Source: a virus (taxonomy: Duplodnaviria > Caudoviricetes). Taken from it: a stretch of 37,032 nt of DNA. A program made the translations under genes and the position numbers. The stretch is from the IMG/VR virus record IMGVR_UViG_3300032219_000696, positions 1-37,032 of that record; one strand, 5' to 3'. Below the pieces are notes generated by a model that saw only the letters and a program-made list of their open reading frames with translations, was not told the origin of the DNA and made no database searches. Every line of letters starts with the position of its first letter. The stretch's first letter is position 1. Below, piece after piece: positions 10,993 through 20,279 of this stretch.

Positions 10993-11280
10993 ATGAATAC
11001 AACTAAACAAGCAAAGAAACGTGGACGGCCATTCAAGGTAAAGGTATCAGAACCATTGCCAACAACTGAGGAAACAATCACATTGGATGACAACTATGTT
11101 GGTTCATTTTTGGTTATTATGTTATGCCCAAACAAAAGCTGGGTAGGAGTGCGTATGGATGGAGAAAAGGTGCTTGTGAGGTGTCACGCAAACCGATCAG
11201 ATAAACTACTTGGCAAAACCATCAAAGTAGGTATCATCAAGTCACAAGACGCAGAAGATTTTTACGAACATATTTTATGA
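10993..11280 (+). CDS. Hypothetical protein with AT-hook-like KKRGRP
   Basis: Packed ORF between terL and portal. Confidence 0.6.
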   Translation: MNTTKQAKKRGRPFKVKVSEPLPTTEETITLDDNYVGSFLVIMLCPNKSWVGVRMDGEKVLVRCHANRSDKLLGKTIKVGIIKSQDAEDFYEHIL

Positions 11281-13346
11281 GCAACATGACCCACGAAGAC
11301 GAAGAAGCAATGATTTACGCCGAGGACGAGCCTAATATCAATGCTTTGACAGATGCTTATAACACTTGTTTGCTCAATCTTGAGGAATACTTTGAGATTT
11401 GCCTACGTTCATACAATGATCGTCGCAACATATGGCCTGGGAAGACTGACGATCTACGGAAGAACGATAGCAATGCTTTCCCTTGGACGGGTGCTAGTGA
11501 TACCGAGGTTAATATCGTTGGCGAGAGGATCAATGCTTTTGTAGCCATCCTAGACCAAGCACTACAACGATCCCACATCAAGGCTTTCCCAACAAGTATG
11601 GCATCCATGTCCCGTGCTGGAATGGTTTCGAGCTTCCTTAAATGGATGAGGTCTTCATACATACCTAATTTCCGTCAAGAGATGGAACTAGGTTCAAATT
11701 ATCTGCTAGAGAAGGGGTTGATGGTATCTTACGTTGGCTGGAAACGAGAAAAAAGAACATACTTACAACAAGTATCCATACAAGAAATAGCGCAAGTCTC
11801 CCCTGATCTAGCGGAACTTATTAGTTCTGGCGTTGATGATACTATGGTTATGGATATGCTGGCTACAGCATTCCCTGACTTATCTAAGAAACGTGCGACA
11901 AGGGTTATCAAAGACCTGCGGAAAAAAGGCACAGCATCTGTGTCTATCCCTCGTACAACGGTAGATTGCCCAATGGTGCATTCTTGCGCCCCAGATGGCG
12001 AAGTGCTATTCCCAGCATACGTTACCGATCCACAAAGGTCGCCATATGTATTCTGGAGGACATTCCTTACCGCCCAAGAACTTGAAAAGAAGGTCACAAG
12101 TGATGGCTGGGACAAAGACTGGGTTGAAAACGCAATCTCCAACCTTCGCGGCAAAGACTCGATGTACCTCGATGGGGAGAAGATTAAGCAAAATACGCGA
12201 CTACCAATCACAGACGACAACGATCTGATCATGGTTGTTTACGCATACCAACGCTTGATCGACGAAGAGGACGGTAGTGAAGGTATTTACTGCACCGTGT
12301 TCCACCCGATGACTGAGGACTACGCAAAGCATGAGTTGCTGAATGGTTATGACGATTATCCGTTTGTAGTGACTAGGTTGTCAAACGATCAGAAGCGGAT
12401 GTACGACACACAGACGTTCTCAGACGTTCTAAGGGGCGCACAGATGCAAGTTAAGACAGAACGAGACTCTCGTATTGATCGTGCGTCAATGTCCACCTTA
12501 CCACCTTTAATGCACCCTGCTGGACGACCTCCTAGTGACTGGGGGCCAGGAGTCCGTGTACCATATCGTCGTCTTGGTGAAATCGCTTGGGGGCCGATCC
12601 CGCCAAATGACAATAACTCAATGGAGATTGAGCTATCAATGACAAGGCAAGCGGATCGCGCTGTTGGTCTTGACCTTGACAATCCTATCTCAGCATCGAG
12701 GCAGCAGTTTTATGTATCACGTTTTCTAGATCATGTTCGTGACGTTTTAACAATGTCATGGAAGCTCTACCAGCGTATGGGGCCAGATGAAGTGTTCTTC
12801 CAAGTTACGGGTAATCCTAACCCGCAGACCATGACAAAAGGAAGTCCCGATGAGAACTTCTCAATCGTGGTAAACTTTGACTCGCAATCAAGTGATCCAG
12901 AGACGGCATCCGAGCAACTAAAGAACATGGTATCGCTGGTGCAAATGGATAGGAATGGCGTTATTGACATCAACAAACTTCTTGAGTTTACAGCAGCAAG
13001 CATCAATCCGATCTTTGCTGACTATGTGTTGCAACCAGTTGAAGAAGCACAGCAGAAGGTGGCTAAGAACGTCACCGATGACCTTGCTAAGATCTTTGCT
13101 GGTATCGAGGTTCCTGCACAAGCCAACGGAGCGCAGATGGCAATGCAGATGATCCAATCGTATGTCCAGCAACCAGACATTGCACAACGCGCACAATCTG
13201 ACGAAGCATTTGGACAACGTCTTCAGAAATACATGGAGCAGTATCAATTCCAACTTCAACAAATGGAGAACGCTCAGATTGGACGTATTGGTACGGCTCC
13301 AGCACAAATGGGCGGTATGCAAACTCAAGGAATGACCCAAGAATAA
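11277..13346 (+). CDS. Portal protein
   Basis: 689 aa after terL; FPWTGASD, YPFVV and a Gln-rich C-terminus as in P22-like portals. Confidence 0.88.
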   Translation: MSNMTHEDEEAMIYAEDEPNINALTDAYNTCLLNLEEYFEICLRSYNDRRNIWPGKTDDLRKNDSNAFPWTGASDTEVNIVGERINAFVAILDQALQRSHIKAFPTSMASMSRAGMVSSFLKWMRSSYIPNFRQEMELGSNYLLEKGLMVSYVGWKREKRTYLQQVSIQEIAQVSPDLAELISSGVDDTMVMDMLATAFPDLSKKRATRVIKDLRKKGTASVSIPRTTVDCPMVHSCAPDGEVLFPAYVTDPQRSPYVFWRTFLTAQELEKKVTSDGWDKDWVENAISNLRGKDSMYLDGEKIKQNTRLPITDDNDLIMVVYAYQRLIDEEDGSEGIYCTVFHPMTEDYAKHELLNGYDDYPFVVTRLSNDQKRMYDTQTFSDVLRGAQMQVKTERDSRIDRASMSTLPPLMHPAGRPPSDWGPGVRVPYRRLGEIAWGPIPPNDNNSMEIELSMTRQADRAVGLDLDNPISASRQQFYVSRFLDHVRDVLTMSWKLYQRMGPDEVFFQVTGNPNPQTMTKGSPDENFSIVVNFDSQSSDPETASEQLKNMVSLVQMDRNGVIDINKLLEFTAASINPIFADYVLQPVEEAQQKVAKNVTDDLAKIFAGIEVPAQANGAQMAMQMIQSYVQQPDIAQRAQSDEAFGQRLQKYMEQYQFQLQQMENAQIGRIGTAPAQMGGMQTQGMTQE

Positions 13347-13366
13347 CTAATAAATACAATAAAAAT

Positions 13367-13651
13367 ATGGCTACTGACAAAGAAATAAGCGATTTTAGAA
13401 AAAAACGCACACAAGCAGAATTGGCGTACCGTCAATCTCAAGATCATGAAGCAAGAAAAAGAGGGGAACCGTCTTTAGATCCACGTTATGTTAAAGATGG
13501 TACATTTTTTGCTACGGCTATGAGAGAATACGGAGAAAGAAAACAAGCAAAAGAACAGAACCTTAATGCCAATATTCAATCAGCACGGCAACACGAGCAA
13601 AACAAGGCAAGAGGAACATCTTCTTCAACCGTTCGCAGGATCATCAAATAA
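13367..13651 (+). CDS. Hypothetical basic protein
   Basis: A-rich leader, packed ORF. Confidence 0.6.
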   Translation: MATDKEISDFRKKRTQAELAYRQSQDHEARKRGEPSLDPRYVKDGTFFATAMREYGERKQAKEQNLNANIQSARQHEQNKARGTSSSTVRRIIK

Positions 13652-13652
13652 T

Positions 13653-13709
13653 ATGAAACAAGGACTATACGCAAATGTTAACGCAAAGAAGGCTCACGCT
13701 TCCAGATGA
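13653..13709 (+). pseudogene. Truncated remnant of a small basic phage protein (MKQGLYANVNAKK...)
   Basis: Good start context; resembles the GLYANI(H/N)AKR N-terminus of small phage proteins but stops after 18 aa. Confidence 0.5.
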
Positions 13710-13875
13710 CATAGCTCGATGCAATGGTGATTGGTCAGAGGATGGCGTAGATTCTGGTTGGCGTGAAGGTTGCGAAACCTGCTTGCGGAGGACGGCCCCT
13801 CGTCCTGAATACTGTTGGATGATTATCCCACCTCCCATCATTGCCTTTGAATGCGAATACTTAATTGAACCATGA
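13675..13875 (+). CDS. Cys-rich small protein (DIARC...CETCLRR...CEY)
   Basis: Four Cys, possible metal binding; ATGA-coupled to the next gene; native start uncertain. Confidence 0.55.
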   Translation: MLTQRRLTLPDDIARCNGDWSEDGVDSGWREGCETCLRRTAPRPEYCWMIIPPPIIAFECEYLIEP

Positions 13876-14117
13876 TCGAAAAACGATTTACAAAAGTAGT
13901 TATAAATCCCACTACGGGACGCAAGAGAACTGTGAAGTTTGGGCAAGCAGGTAAAGCTGCTGATGGTGGTGATCGCATACGTCCTTCTACGAAAAAAGCT
14001 GACGCATATTGCGCTAGGTCAAACGCAATCAAGGGAGACTGGCGTAGTGACCCTAACTCACCAAATAACCTGTCACGCCGCAAATGGAAGTGTAGCGGAA
14101 GCAAATCAATGAAGTAA
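13872..14117 (+). CDS. Small basic conserved phage protein (DUF6321-like)
   Basis: VKFGQAG...YCARS...SPNNLSRRKWKC motif. Confidence 0.7.
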   Translation: MIEKRFTKVVINPTTGRKRTVKFGQAGKAADGGDRIRPSTKKADAYCARSNAIKGDWRSDPNSPNNLSRRKWKCSGSKSMK

Positions 14118-14118
14118 T

Positions 14119-14322
14119 ATGACACCAATACCAAAACCAACGCTACAACAGGCAATCGACGGCATTAGTGACCGTGACGAGTTCAAAGTAATTGTAACAT
14201 TCATCCGCGAGGAGCGTGAAAAGTTCTTTGGTGATCTTCGGTCAGCAGAATCATCCAATGACGTTATGAAGATTGCTGGTTCAATTGCAGCACTTGATGA
14301 ACTGCTTTCAGTCTTGTCTTGA
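14119..14322 (+). CDS. Small helical protein between portal and scaffold
   Basis: Packed ORF with the conserved-looking end AGSIAALDEL. Confidence 0.7.
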   Translation: MTPIPKPTLQQAIDGISDRDEFKVIVTFIREEREKFFGDLRSAESSNDVMKIAGSIAALDELLSVLS

Positions 14323-14345
14323 CATTATCGTAATCATGTTATAAC
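14319..14345 (+). promoter_or_regulatory. Sigma70-like promoter
   Basis: TTGACA (14319-24) and extended -10 TGtTATAAC (14337-45); the spacer is short (15 nt). Confidence 0.55.
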
Positions 14346-14350
14346 AAAGT

Positions 14351-14424
14351 CATGCACGGTTGTTTGTGCGTTTCATTGTTGTTGTGTTTAAAGCCTCCAA
14401 GCGTAAAAACTTGGAGGCTTTTTT
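14351..14424 (+). ncRNA. Candidate ~74 nt small RNA
   Basis: Bounded by a promoter and an intrinsic terminator; 5' mini-hairpin GCACGG/TTGTGC, unpaired GU-rich core, no meaningful + strand ORF. Confidence 0.5.
14390..14424 (+). terminator. Rho-independent terminator
   Basis: AAAGCCTCCAAG-cgtaaaaa-CTTGGAGGCTTT followed by TTT. Confidence 0.9.
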
Positions 14425-14519
14425 ACGTCTATATCTATACATTGCTAAACTACTTGACATACTAATGATTTAATGATTGACTTCGTGCATCGCCAACGCA
14501 AGGCGTAAAACTAGCGTTT

Positions 14520-15569
14520 ATGACTAATAGCACCAATCAAGCCACCGCTGAGGCTACACAATCAGTGTCAGATAACATCTCATTTGAGGAGCTTGTAGCT
14601 CGTAGAATCGGGAAAGAAGTTGCACCAGAGACGGAAGAAGAGTCCGAGGAGGAAGCAGTAGATACTGATGACGCTGAACTTGCCAGTCTAGAAGACGGAG
14701 ATGACGCAGAGGAATCTACTGAAGAATCTGATGACGAATCGGAAGAAACTCCAGAGGAGCATGAAGAAATAGACCTGCTAAGTCTCTCTACAGAGCAGAT
14801 TCAAGAACTTGCCAAAAAAGGTAAAAGCCGACTACTTCAACGAATTGGAGAGCTTACCGCCCAAAAGCGGAGCCTAGAGGAAAAACTTGCTGCTCAACCC
14901 CTGCCAGCACCGCTTGCAAATGGTGACAGAATGCCAGACGACATCCAAGCAATTGGAGATCTAGTGGCACTGAAATCATTCCATGAGGAGATGGCAAGGA
15001 CATTGGAGATGACGGATGACATTCTTGACGAACACCAAGATTATGCTGATGACGATATTATCGTTGTTGGTGACAAGGAGTTCCCCAAGTCTAAAATCCG
15101 TCTAGCTAACCGAAATTCCAAAAAGGCAATTACCAAGTACATCCCTGCTAGACAGCAGGAGATTGCAAAGATTGCTGAGTACGGAGTGATGGAACAGCAA
15201 TACTTAGCAGCAGCACAAAAAGAAGTCCCAGACATTACGGATGAAACGTCCGATATTGGAAAGAACTACAAAGCACTAATTTCTGACCCGCTAATTTCTA
15301 AAATCAAACGAGACATCCCAGAAATTGGGATACAAATAGAATACATCCTTGCACACGCATCAAAGTCTATCTTTGGAGGTAAAGCAAAGTCTATACAAAC
15401 TGGAGCTGGGAACAAGTTGAAGGTGTCGCCACCCGCTTCCCCAGTTGGTTCTGGTTCGTTAAAGATTAACTCTAGCTCAAAGACAAAAACTAAAGATGCG
15501 TACAACAAGTTTGAATCAACAGGATCTGTTGAAGATTGGGTTGCTTCCAGAATTGCTAGAATGAAATAA
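14520..15569 (+). CDS. Capsid scaffolding protein
   Basis: Very acidic N-terminus, RIGELTA coiled coil, directly upstream of the capsid gene. Confidence 0.85.
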   Translation: MTNSTNQATAEATQSVSDNISFEELVARRIGKEVAPETEEESEEEAVDTDDAELASLEDGDDAEESTEESDDESEETPEEHEEIDLLSLSTEQIQELAKKGKSRLLQRIGELTAQKRSLEEKLAAQPLPAPLANGDRMPDDIQAIGDLVALKSFHEEMARTLEMTDDILDEHQDYADDDIIVVGDKEFPKSKIRLANRNSKKAITKYIPARQQEIAKIAEYGVMEQQYLAAAQKEVPDITDETSDIGKNYKALISDPLISKIKRDIPEIGIQIEYILAHASKSIFGGKAKSIQTGAGNKLKVSPPASPVGSGSLKINSSSKTKTKDAYNKFESTGSVEDWVASRIARMK

Positions 15570-15586
15570 TTTACAGAAATAATATT

Positions 15587-16585
15587 ATGCCTATCTCAAG
15601 TACATATTCCCCAAATGCCCCAGCGGCAAAAACTGGTACTGGTTCCGCAGTATCGAACCGTGAGGATCTCAGCAACGAGTTGAGCTTGCTTGCACCAGAA
15701 GAAACCCCAATCCTTAGCCTTTGCTCGAAAGGTAAAGCTACCGCTACTTTTAGCGAATGGACTGTGGACTCCCTTGCTGCTCCAGTTACAACTGGTATCT
15801 CTGAAGGTTCCGATGTGACTTCGTTTAGCGACAAGTTTGCTGATCGCGCTCGCCTTGGTAACTACGTTCAATTGATGCGCCGTGACTATCTTGTGTCCAA
15901 CCTGCAACAAGCTGTTACCTCCGTTGGCCCTGCAAACGTAGCCCAGGCGGAAGCAAAAAGCATGAGAGAAATTAAACGTGACATTGAGGCAACGATTGCT
16001 TCTTCTAACGAAATGACGGTTGAAAACGGTGCTGGTACTCCTTACGGTATGCGCGGTCTTGGTGCTTGGTTGCAAGTTGCGGCTCAAGGTACTAATCCAG
16101 TTCCTACTGCATATCGCACTCCTACTGGTTCAATTTTAACTTCTACCCTTTCGGAAACTACATTTAATGCTATGATTGGTTCAATTTTCTCCAAGAACGG
16201 AGAAATGAACAGTCTTACACTTGTTGCCAATACTGCTCTTCGGACACTTATTAGTAACTTCAGTCGTGCTGTTGCATCTACGCAAAACACTTATCATGTA
16301 AACCAAGATGCAACCTCGAAAGCTATTACTCTTTCGGTAAATCTATATGATTCCGACTTTGGTATGGTGAAAATCCTAAACGGTAATCCATCGTGTATGC
16401 CTACTGGATCTGGAACTAACTTTGGTTATGTCCTCAATCCTAAGTATCTTGGCTTTAACACCTTGATCCCAATGGGTGCTACCCGTCTTGAAAACCAAGG
16501 TGGTGGCGAGCGTGGTTTTGTTGACGTAGCAGGAACCCTGTGCGTTAAGCATCCACAAGCACACGGCAAGATCGCTTACACCTAA
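15587..16585 (+). CDS. Major capsid protein (SU10/DUF5309-like)
   Basis: NREDLS...PEETP...EWTVDSL...EG.D...NYVQ...EIKRDIE...YDSDFG...P.AHG. Confidence 0.92.
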   Translation: MPISSTYSPNAPAAKTGTGSAVSNREDLSNELSLLAPEETPILSLCSKGKATATFSEWTVDSLAAPVTTGISEGSDVTSFSDKFADRARLGNYVQLMRRDYLVSNLQQAVTSVGPANVAQAEAKSMREIKRDIEATIASSNEMTVENGAGTPYGMRGLGAWLQVAAQGTNPVPTAYRTPTGSILTSTLSETTFNAMIGSIFSKNGEMNSLTLVANTALRTLISNFSRAVASTQNTYHVNQDATSKAITLSVNLYDSDFGMVKILNGNPSCMPTGSGTNFGYVLNPKYLGFNTLIPMGATRLENQGGGERGFVDVAGTLCVKHPQAHGKIAYT

Positions 16586-16610
16586 TCCCTAATAATCAGA
16601 AAATAATAAT

Positions 16611-17069
16611 ATGGCTAAACTTACTAATAACGAACGCTCCCCATACACTGATGTGATTCGCCTTACGGCGGCTGATCTTATTGCCATTGGCAATGCAGGA
16701 ACCCGTCAAATCGCGACAATCCCTGCTGGTGGTGCTGTAACTCTCTGCGCTGTTACTAATACTGTTGATATTGTTGGTTCAACAACCTTGTCTATTGGTA
16801 TTGGTACAACTCTTGCTACTCCAGTAGAATTTATCAGTGCACTTGATGTTGATGGCGCAACTGTTGGTCTTCCAACATTTAATACTGGTACTTCATTTGT
16901 TCAAACTACTGGAAATACCACCATTAAAGGAGGTGTATTGCCAGTTGGAGCAGCGTCTACAGCTACACCAATCTACATTAAAGTAGCAGATTCTGCTGTT
17001 GCAAGTATTACTGCTGGTGAAATCTTGATTGGTCTTGAGATTATTGATCTTACCCAACATCAAGCCTAA
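16611..17069 (+). CDS. Capsid-associated/decoration protein
   Basis: Beta-rich ORF co-transcribed after the capsid gene, before a terminator. Confidence 0.6.
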   Translation: MAKLTNNERSPYTDVIRLTAADLIAIGNAGTRQIATIPAGGAVTLCAVTNTVDIVGSTTLSIGIGTTLATPVEFISALDVDGATVGLPTFNTGTSFVQTTGNTTIKGGVLPVGAASTATPIYIKVADSAVASITAGEILIGLEIIDLTQHQA

Positions 17070-17078
17070 ATCCAAACT

Positions 17079-17116
17079 GGGGAGGGAGGGTAAAATCTCC
17101 CTCTCCTTTATTTTTT
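17079..17116 (+). terminator. Rho-independent terminator after the capsid operon
   Basis: GGGGAGGGAGG-gtaaaa-TCTCCCTCTCC followed by TTTATTTTTT. Confidence 0.8.
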
Positions 17117-17395
17117 ATGTTTGAAAGCGAAGCACTTACTTCAGCACTCGTTAAGGAACTTTGTTCTGGACGGATGCTAAAGGAAACAATGCAAAAAACG
17201 CGTGAACAAGCAGCATCTGCTGAAGCACGTTCTATGAAAGATGCTAAATCTATGCTTGGTAGTCCAATCGGAGCTATCCCACAGCATGAATACTTTTTGT
17301 TAGCGAATAAGTACGGAAAAGAATGCTGGGATGACCGAGGCTTTGTCCGTGACTTTTTTAAATCACAATCACACTTGAGAGCGGGACATATTTGA
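17117..17395 (+). CDS. Conserved small head-module protein
   Basis: Packed ORF after the capsid genes. Confidence 0.65.
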   Translation: MFESEALTSALVKELCSGRMLKETMQKTREQAASAEARSMKDAKSMLGSPIGAIPQHEYFLLANKYGKECWDDRGFVRDFFKSQSHLRAGHI

Positions 17396-17396
17396 T

Positions 17397-18140
17397 ATGC
17401 AGACGAGAACCTACGCAGACCTTTTTGAGCTAGTATCAGCACTCTGCGGGGTCACCTTTGCAACTATCGAAGAACCTCGTATCCGTGCCTTGATGAACCG
17501 CAGGGCAGTACGGGCGTTTAAGTCAAGCAACTACTGGACACGTTACATTAAGATCGGTGAGGAGCGTACTGTTACTGATGGCGTAATACCTTTCGTTGAG
17601 GCTGGTAAGACTACCATTGACTCGTTCCTGCGCGTATTCGTCTACGCACCGTTCAAGACTACAGGAAGTCAGGAATACCAGTATACGGTGGGTTCTGACG
17701 GTGCTGAGGTGCTTTCTGGCACTATCACGCCAACGTCTGCCTTCGTGGTCTACAAGGGCATCCTGAGCTTCTCTACGGCAGCAGGGGCAACTTCACAGTC
17801 ACTAACGTCATCGTCGCTAATCCCAGAGGAGTGGTTCGAGTACATGGCACACGGCACATATGCCGATTACCTCCGCGCTGAAGGCCAGCAGGAGAAGGCA
17901 GCATTAGCAGACGCAGAAGCTAGCGAGATACTACTCGACGAGCTAATGAAGTTAGACGAGCAGCACACCCAGACGGTGATTGCAAAGCGCATCTTTACCA
18001 ATATGAATATGCAGTCACGCTACGGTGGTGGTGGTGGCGCATTAGGTGCTAACGGTGGTGGTTCGTCTACCACTAATGGCTACACGTTCAATGGAAACTC
18101 TTATACATTCGGTGGTAACTTTTACACCCAACCAGCATAA
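17397..18140 (+). CDS. Head-tail adaptor (tail tubular A-like), probable
   Basis: TYADL N-terminal helix, IPEEWFEYMAHG.YAD and C-terminal helix; size and position. Confidence 0.7.
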   Translation: MQTRTYADLFELVSALCGVTFATIEEPRIRALMNRRAVRAFKSSNYWTRYIKIGEERTVTDGVIPFVEAGKTTIDSFLRVFVYAPFKTTGSQEYQYTVGSDGAEVLSGTITPTSAFVVYKGILSFSTAAGATSQSLTSSSLIPEEWFEYMAHGTYADYLRAEGQQEKAALADAEASEILLDELMKLDEQHTQTVIAKRIFTNMNMQSRYGGGGGALGANGGGSSTTNGYTFNGNSYTFGGNFYTQPA

Positions 18141-18153
18141 CTAAAAAACTATC

Positions 18154-19554
18154 ATGGCTAATATCGAAGTAAGCGCAGCGATTGACAATCTACTGAAGTC
18201 AACGTCATTAACCACAGTAACTACAGCGCAAGCATTGACGGCACTAGGTGCTGCTACCACAGGCAATTTGTCTATTGTTGCTGGTGACATTGCAGCAGAT
18301 GCCGTGATTGAAGCTAAAATTCTAGACGGTGCAGTGACCGCTGGGAAGATTGGCGCACTTGCTGTGACTTCTGGCAAACTTGCAGTTGGTGCAGCAGTTG
18401 CAAACATTGTAGATAATACGTTGCCAGTTGCAAAAATCTCAGGACTCGGCACGGCGGCGACTGCGACCACATCTACCAACGGAGGCGCGAGCAAGGTTCC
18501 GCTAACGACAGCATCGGGCAACCTTATCCTATCATCAACCAACCCCACTGGAGACTGGACGGGATTTGCCAACTCTCTTTTTATTGGAGACTGGAATGGT
18601 GGCGGAACTCGACTCGTCTTTATGAATGCTGCTGGCACTGGAGGTAGTTCGATTGGACACAATACTTCGCACAGTGGTGGCGGCGAGTTGCAAATCAGCT
18701 CCGAGGCGCGGATGGCGCTTTGCCTTGGGCCTACTGGCGGACTTCAAATCGGCATCGCCACTAACTCCACTTACAATAAACAGTTCGCTTATTTCCAGCG
18801 GCGTGGAGATGCGACTGGATCACTCGCAACCACCACATCACTTCCACTTTTCTTCTCTGGCAGTTATTGGAGCGGGTCCGCGTCGATCGTGAAAGACGGG
18901 CCAATGCTGGTAGGGACCCCAGACGGAACGACAGGACGGATGTTTCTCGATTTCAACGTAGCAACCACCGTTCCAAACGGTAGCGGGGCGGATTGGACTG
19001 GCACGTTAGGAATGAGACTTTCAGAAGATGGCGGGCTTTCCATACCCATTCAAACCATCACCGACGCAAACGCAGTCATCACAAAACCCCTTGGCGATGC
19101 TCGTTATTCCGCCCGTTCGGTAATTTCCTCGCTCTCCGCAGACACAGCAGGGGTGACAGCATCGATCACCAAAGTGGATTCAGGTTTGGAGGTCACACTA
19201 GTCACTGGAGTCACCTACAAAATCGAGATAATGTTGAGCGCAACGCATTCTGCATCTGGCGGAATTAGATTCCAACAAAGCAATGCGGGGACGCTGGCGG
19301 TAATCGGCGGATTGAACGACAGAGGATCGGGTGGTGTTGTTGGCCAGCGTGCCCCGTTCGCTACAGGGGTCGGCATTGATGGGTTAATTTCCGAAAACAC
19401 GTTTTCTGGCACATCCTCATCGAACTATCTCATTCGTGGACTCTACACAGCGACTGTTGGAGGACTGCTTAAAATCCAATATGCGCAGTCAGTCAGTGAC
19501 GCAACGGCAACGGTTTTGAAGAAGGGCAGCTACATCACGGCGGAACCTCAGTAA
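18154..19554 (+). CDS. Tail fibre/receptor-binding protein
   Basis: VTxxKI repeats, GLGTAAT hinge, G/T/S-rich beta domains, LKKGSYI end. Confidence 0.8.
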   Translation: MANIEVSAAIDNLLKSTSLTTVTTAQALTALGAATTGNLSIVAGDIAADAVIEAKILDGAVTAGKIGALAVTSGKLAVGAAVANIVDNTLPVAKISGLGTAATATTSTNGGASKVPLTTASGNLILSSTNPTGDWTGFANSLFIGDWNGGGTRLVFMNAAGTGGSSIGHNTSHSGGGELQISSEARMALCLGPTGGLQIGIATNSTYNKQFAYFQRRGDATGSLATTTSLPLFFSGSYWSGSASIVKDGPMLVGTPDGTTGRMFLDFNVATTVPNGSGADWTGTLGMRLSEDGGLSIPIQTITDANAVITKPLGDARYSARSVISSLSADTAGVTASITKVDSGLEVTLVTGVTYKIEIMLSATHSASGGIRFQQSNAGTLAVIGGLNDRGSGGVVGQRAPFATGVGIDGLISENTFSGTSSSNYLIRGLYTATVGGLLKIQYAQSVSDATATVLKKGSYITAEPQ

Positions 19555-19556
19555 CC

Positions 19557-19871
19557 ATGCGCTCGCTCCTCGCCATCCTCGCGCTTTCCCTGCCTCTTGC
19601 AGCAGAGCGCACAGTGACGTTTGCATGGGACGCTACGCCTGATGCGGACTCATATATGCTATACATAAACGGTTCGCCTGTAGCCAGCACCAACAACACG
19701 CAGATCACCGTGCAGATTGCGGATGCTCGCACAGTAGTCAACGTCACCGCCAGTAACATCGCTGGTGAGTCTGAGCCGTCAGCAACGCTCGTCGTACCAC
19801 CTGCACCGACGATCCCTAAAGGATTCCGTATCTCTAAGATCGTCCGTACCACTACCGCTACACCAAAATGA
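19557..19871 (+). CDS. Secreted fibronectin type III domain protein
   Basis: Signal peptide MRSLLAILALSLPLAA; VTFAWDA...SY.LY...VTASNIAGESEPS. Confidence 0.8.
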   Translation: MRSLLAILALSLPLAAERTVTFAWDATPDADSYMLYINGSPVASTNNTQITVQIADARTVVNVTASNIAGESEPSATLVVPPAPTIPKGFRISKIVRTTTATPK

Positions 19872-19893
19872 AGGCGTTCCCCCACATTGCCAA

Positions 19894-20082
19894 ATGAATC
19901 CGTTCGACAACACTAGCTTGCCTGTAAAGGCGTTTGCGGGTATCTGTGCGCCCATTGCGAGCATGATGACTGACTTAGTGCCAGCGGAGGTTAACCCTTG
20001 GCTACAGACCATTGCGTTCGTAGCGGCAATCATCGTTTCGGTGCTTTCGGCATTGTCGATCATTCGGCAAAATCTTAAGTAG
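19894..20082 (+). CDS. Small membrane protein, holin candidate
   Basis: Hydrophobic helices and basic C-terminus; lysis region. Confidence 0.6.
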   Translation: MNPFDNTSLPVKAFAGICAPIASMMTDLVPAEVNPWLQTIAFVAAIIVSVLSALSIIRQNLK

Positions 20083-20117
20083 TTGACAACAATTTCAAAA
20101 TACACTAAACCATAACT

Positions 20118-20279
20118 ATGAATACGACAATCGTAGGACTACTCGCAGCGGTATTTTCCGCTATCCAAATCATTGTCCAGCAAGGCAACAGCATCGATGA
20201 CTGGAAGACATGGGCATTACCAGCAGCACTTGCAGCACTAGGTTTCCTCGCTCAAGACCAAAAACCACCAACGGCATGA
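20118..20279 (+). CDS. 53 aa two-TM holin candidate (absent from the ORF track)
   Basis: MNTTIVGLLAAVFSAIQIIVQQGNSIDDWKTWALPAALAALGFLAQDQKPPTA; ATGA-coupled to the next gene. Confidence 0.7.
   Translation: MNTTIVGLLAAVFSAIQIIVQQGNSIDDWKTWALPAALAALGFLAQDQKPPTA

Noticed and set aside
14350-14376. - strand micro-ORF MKRTNNRA
   Set aside because: Eight codons with no evident - strand promoter, and flanking signals face +. Kept only as the alternative to the sRNA model
14454-14482. TTGACA before the scaffold gene (also at 20083)
   Set aside because: No convincing -10 at 16-18 nt spacing; a promoter is plausible here but unsupported
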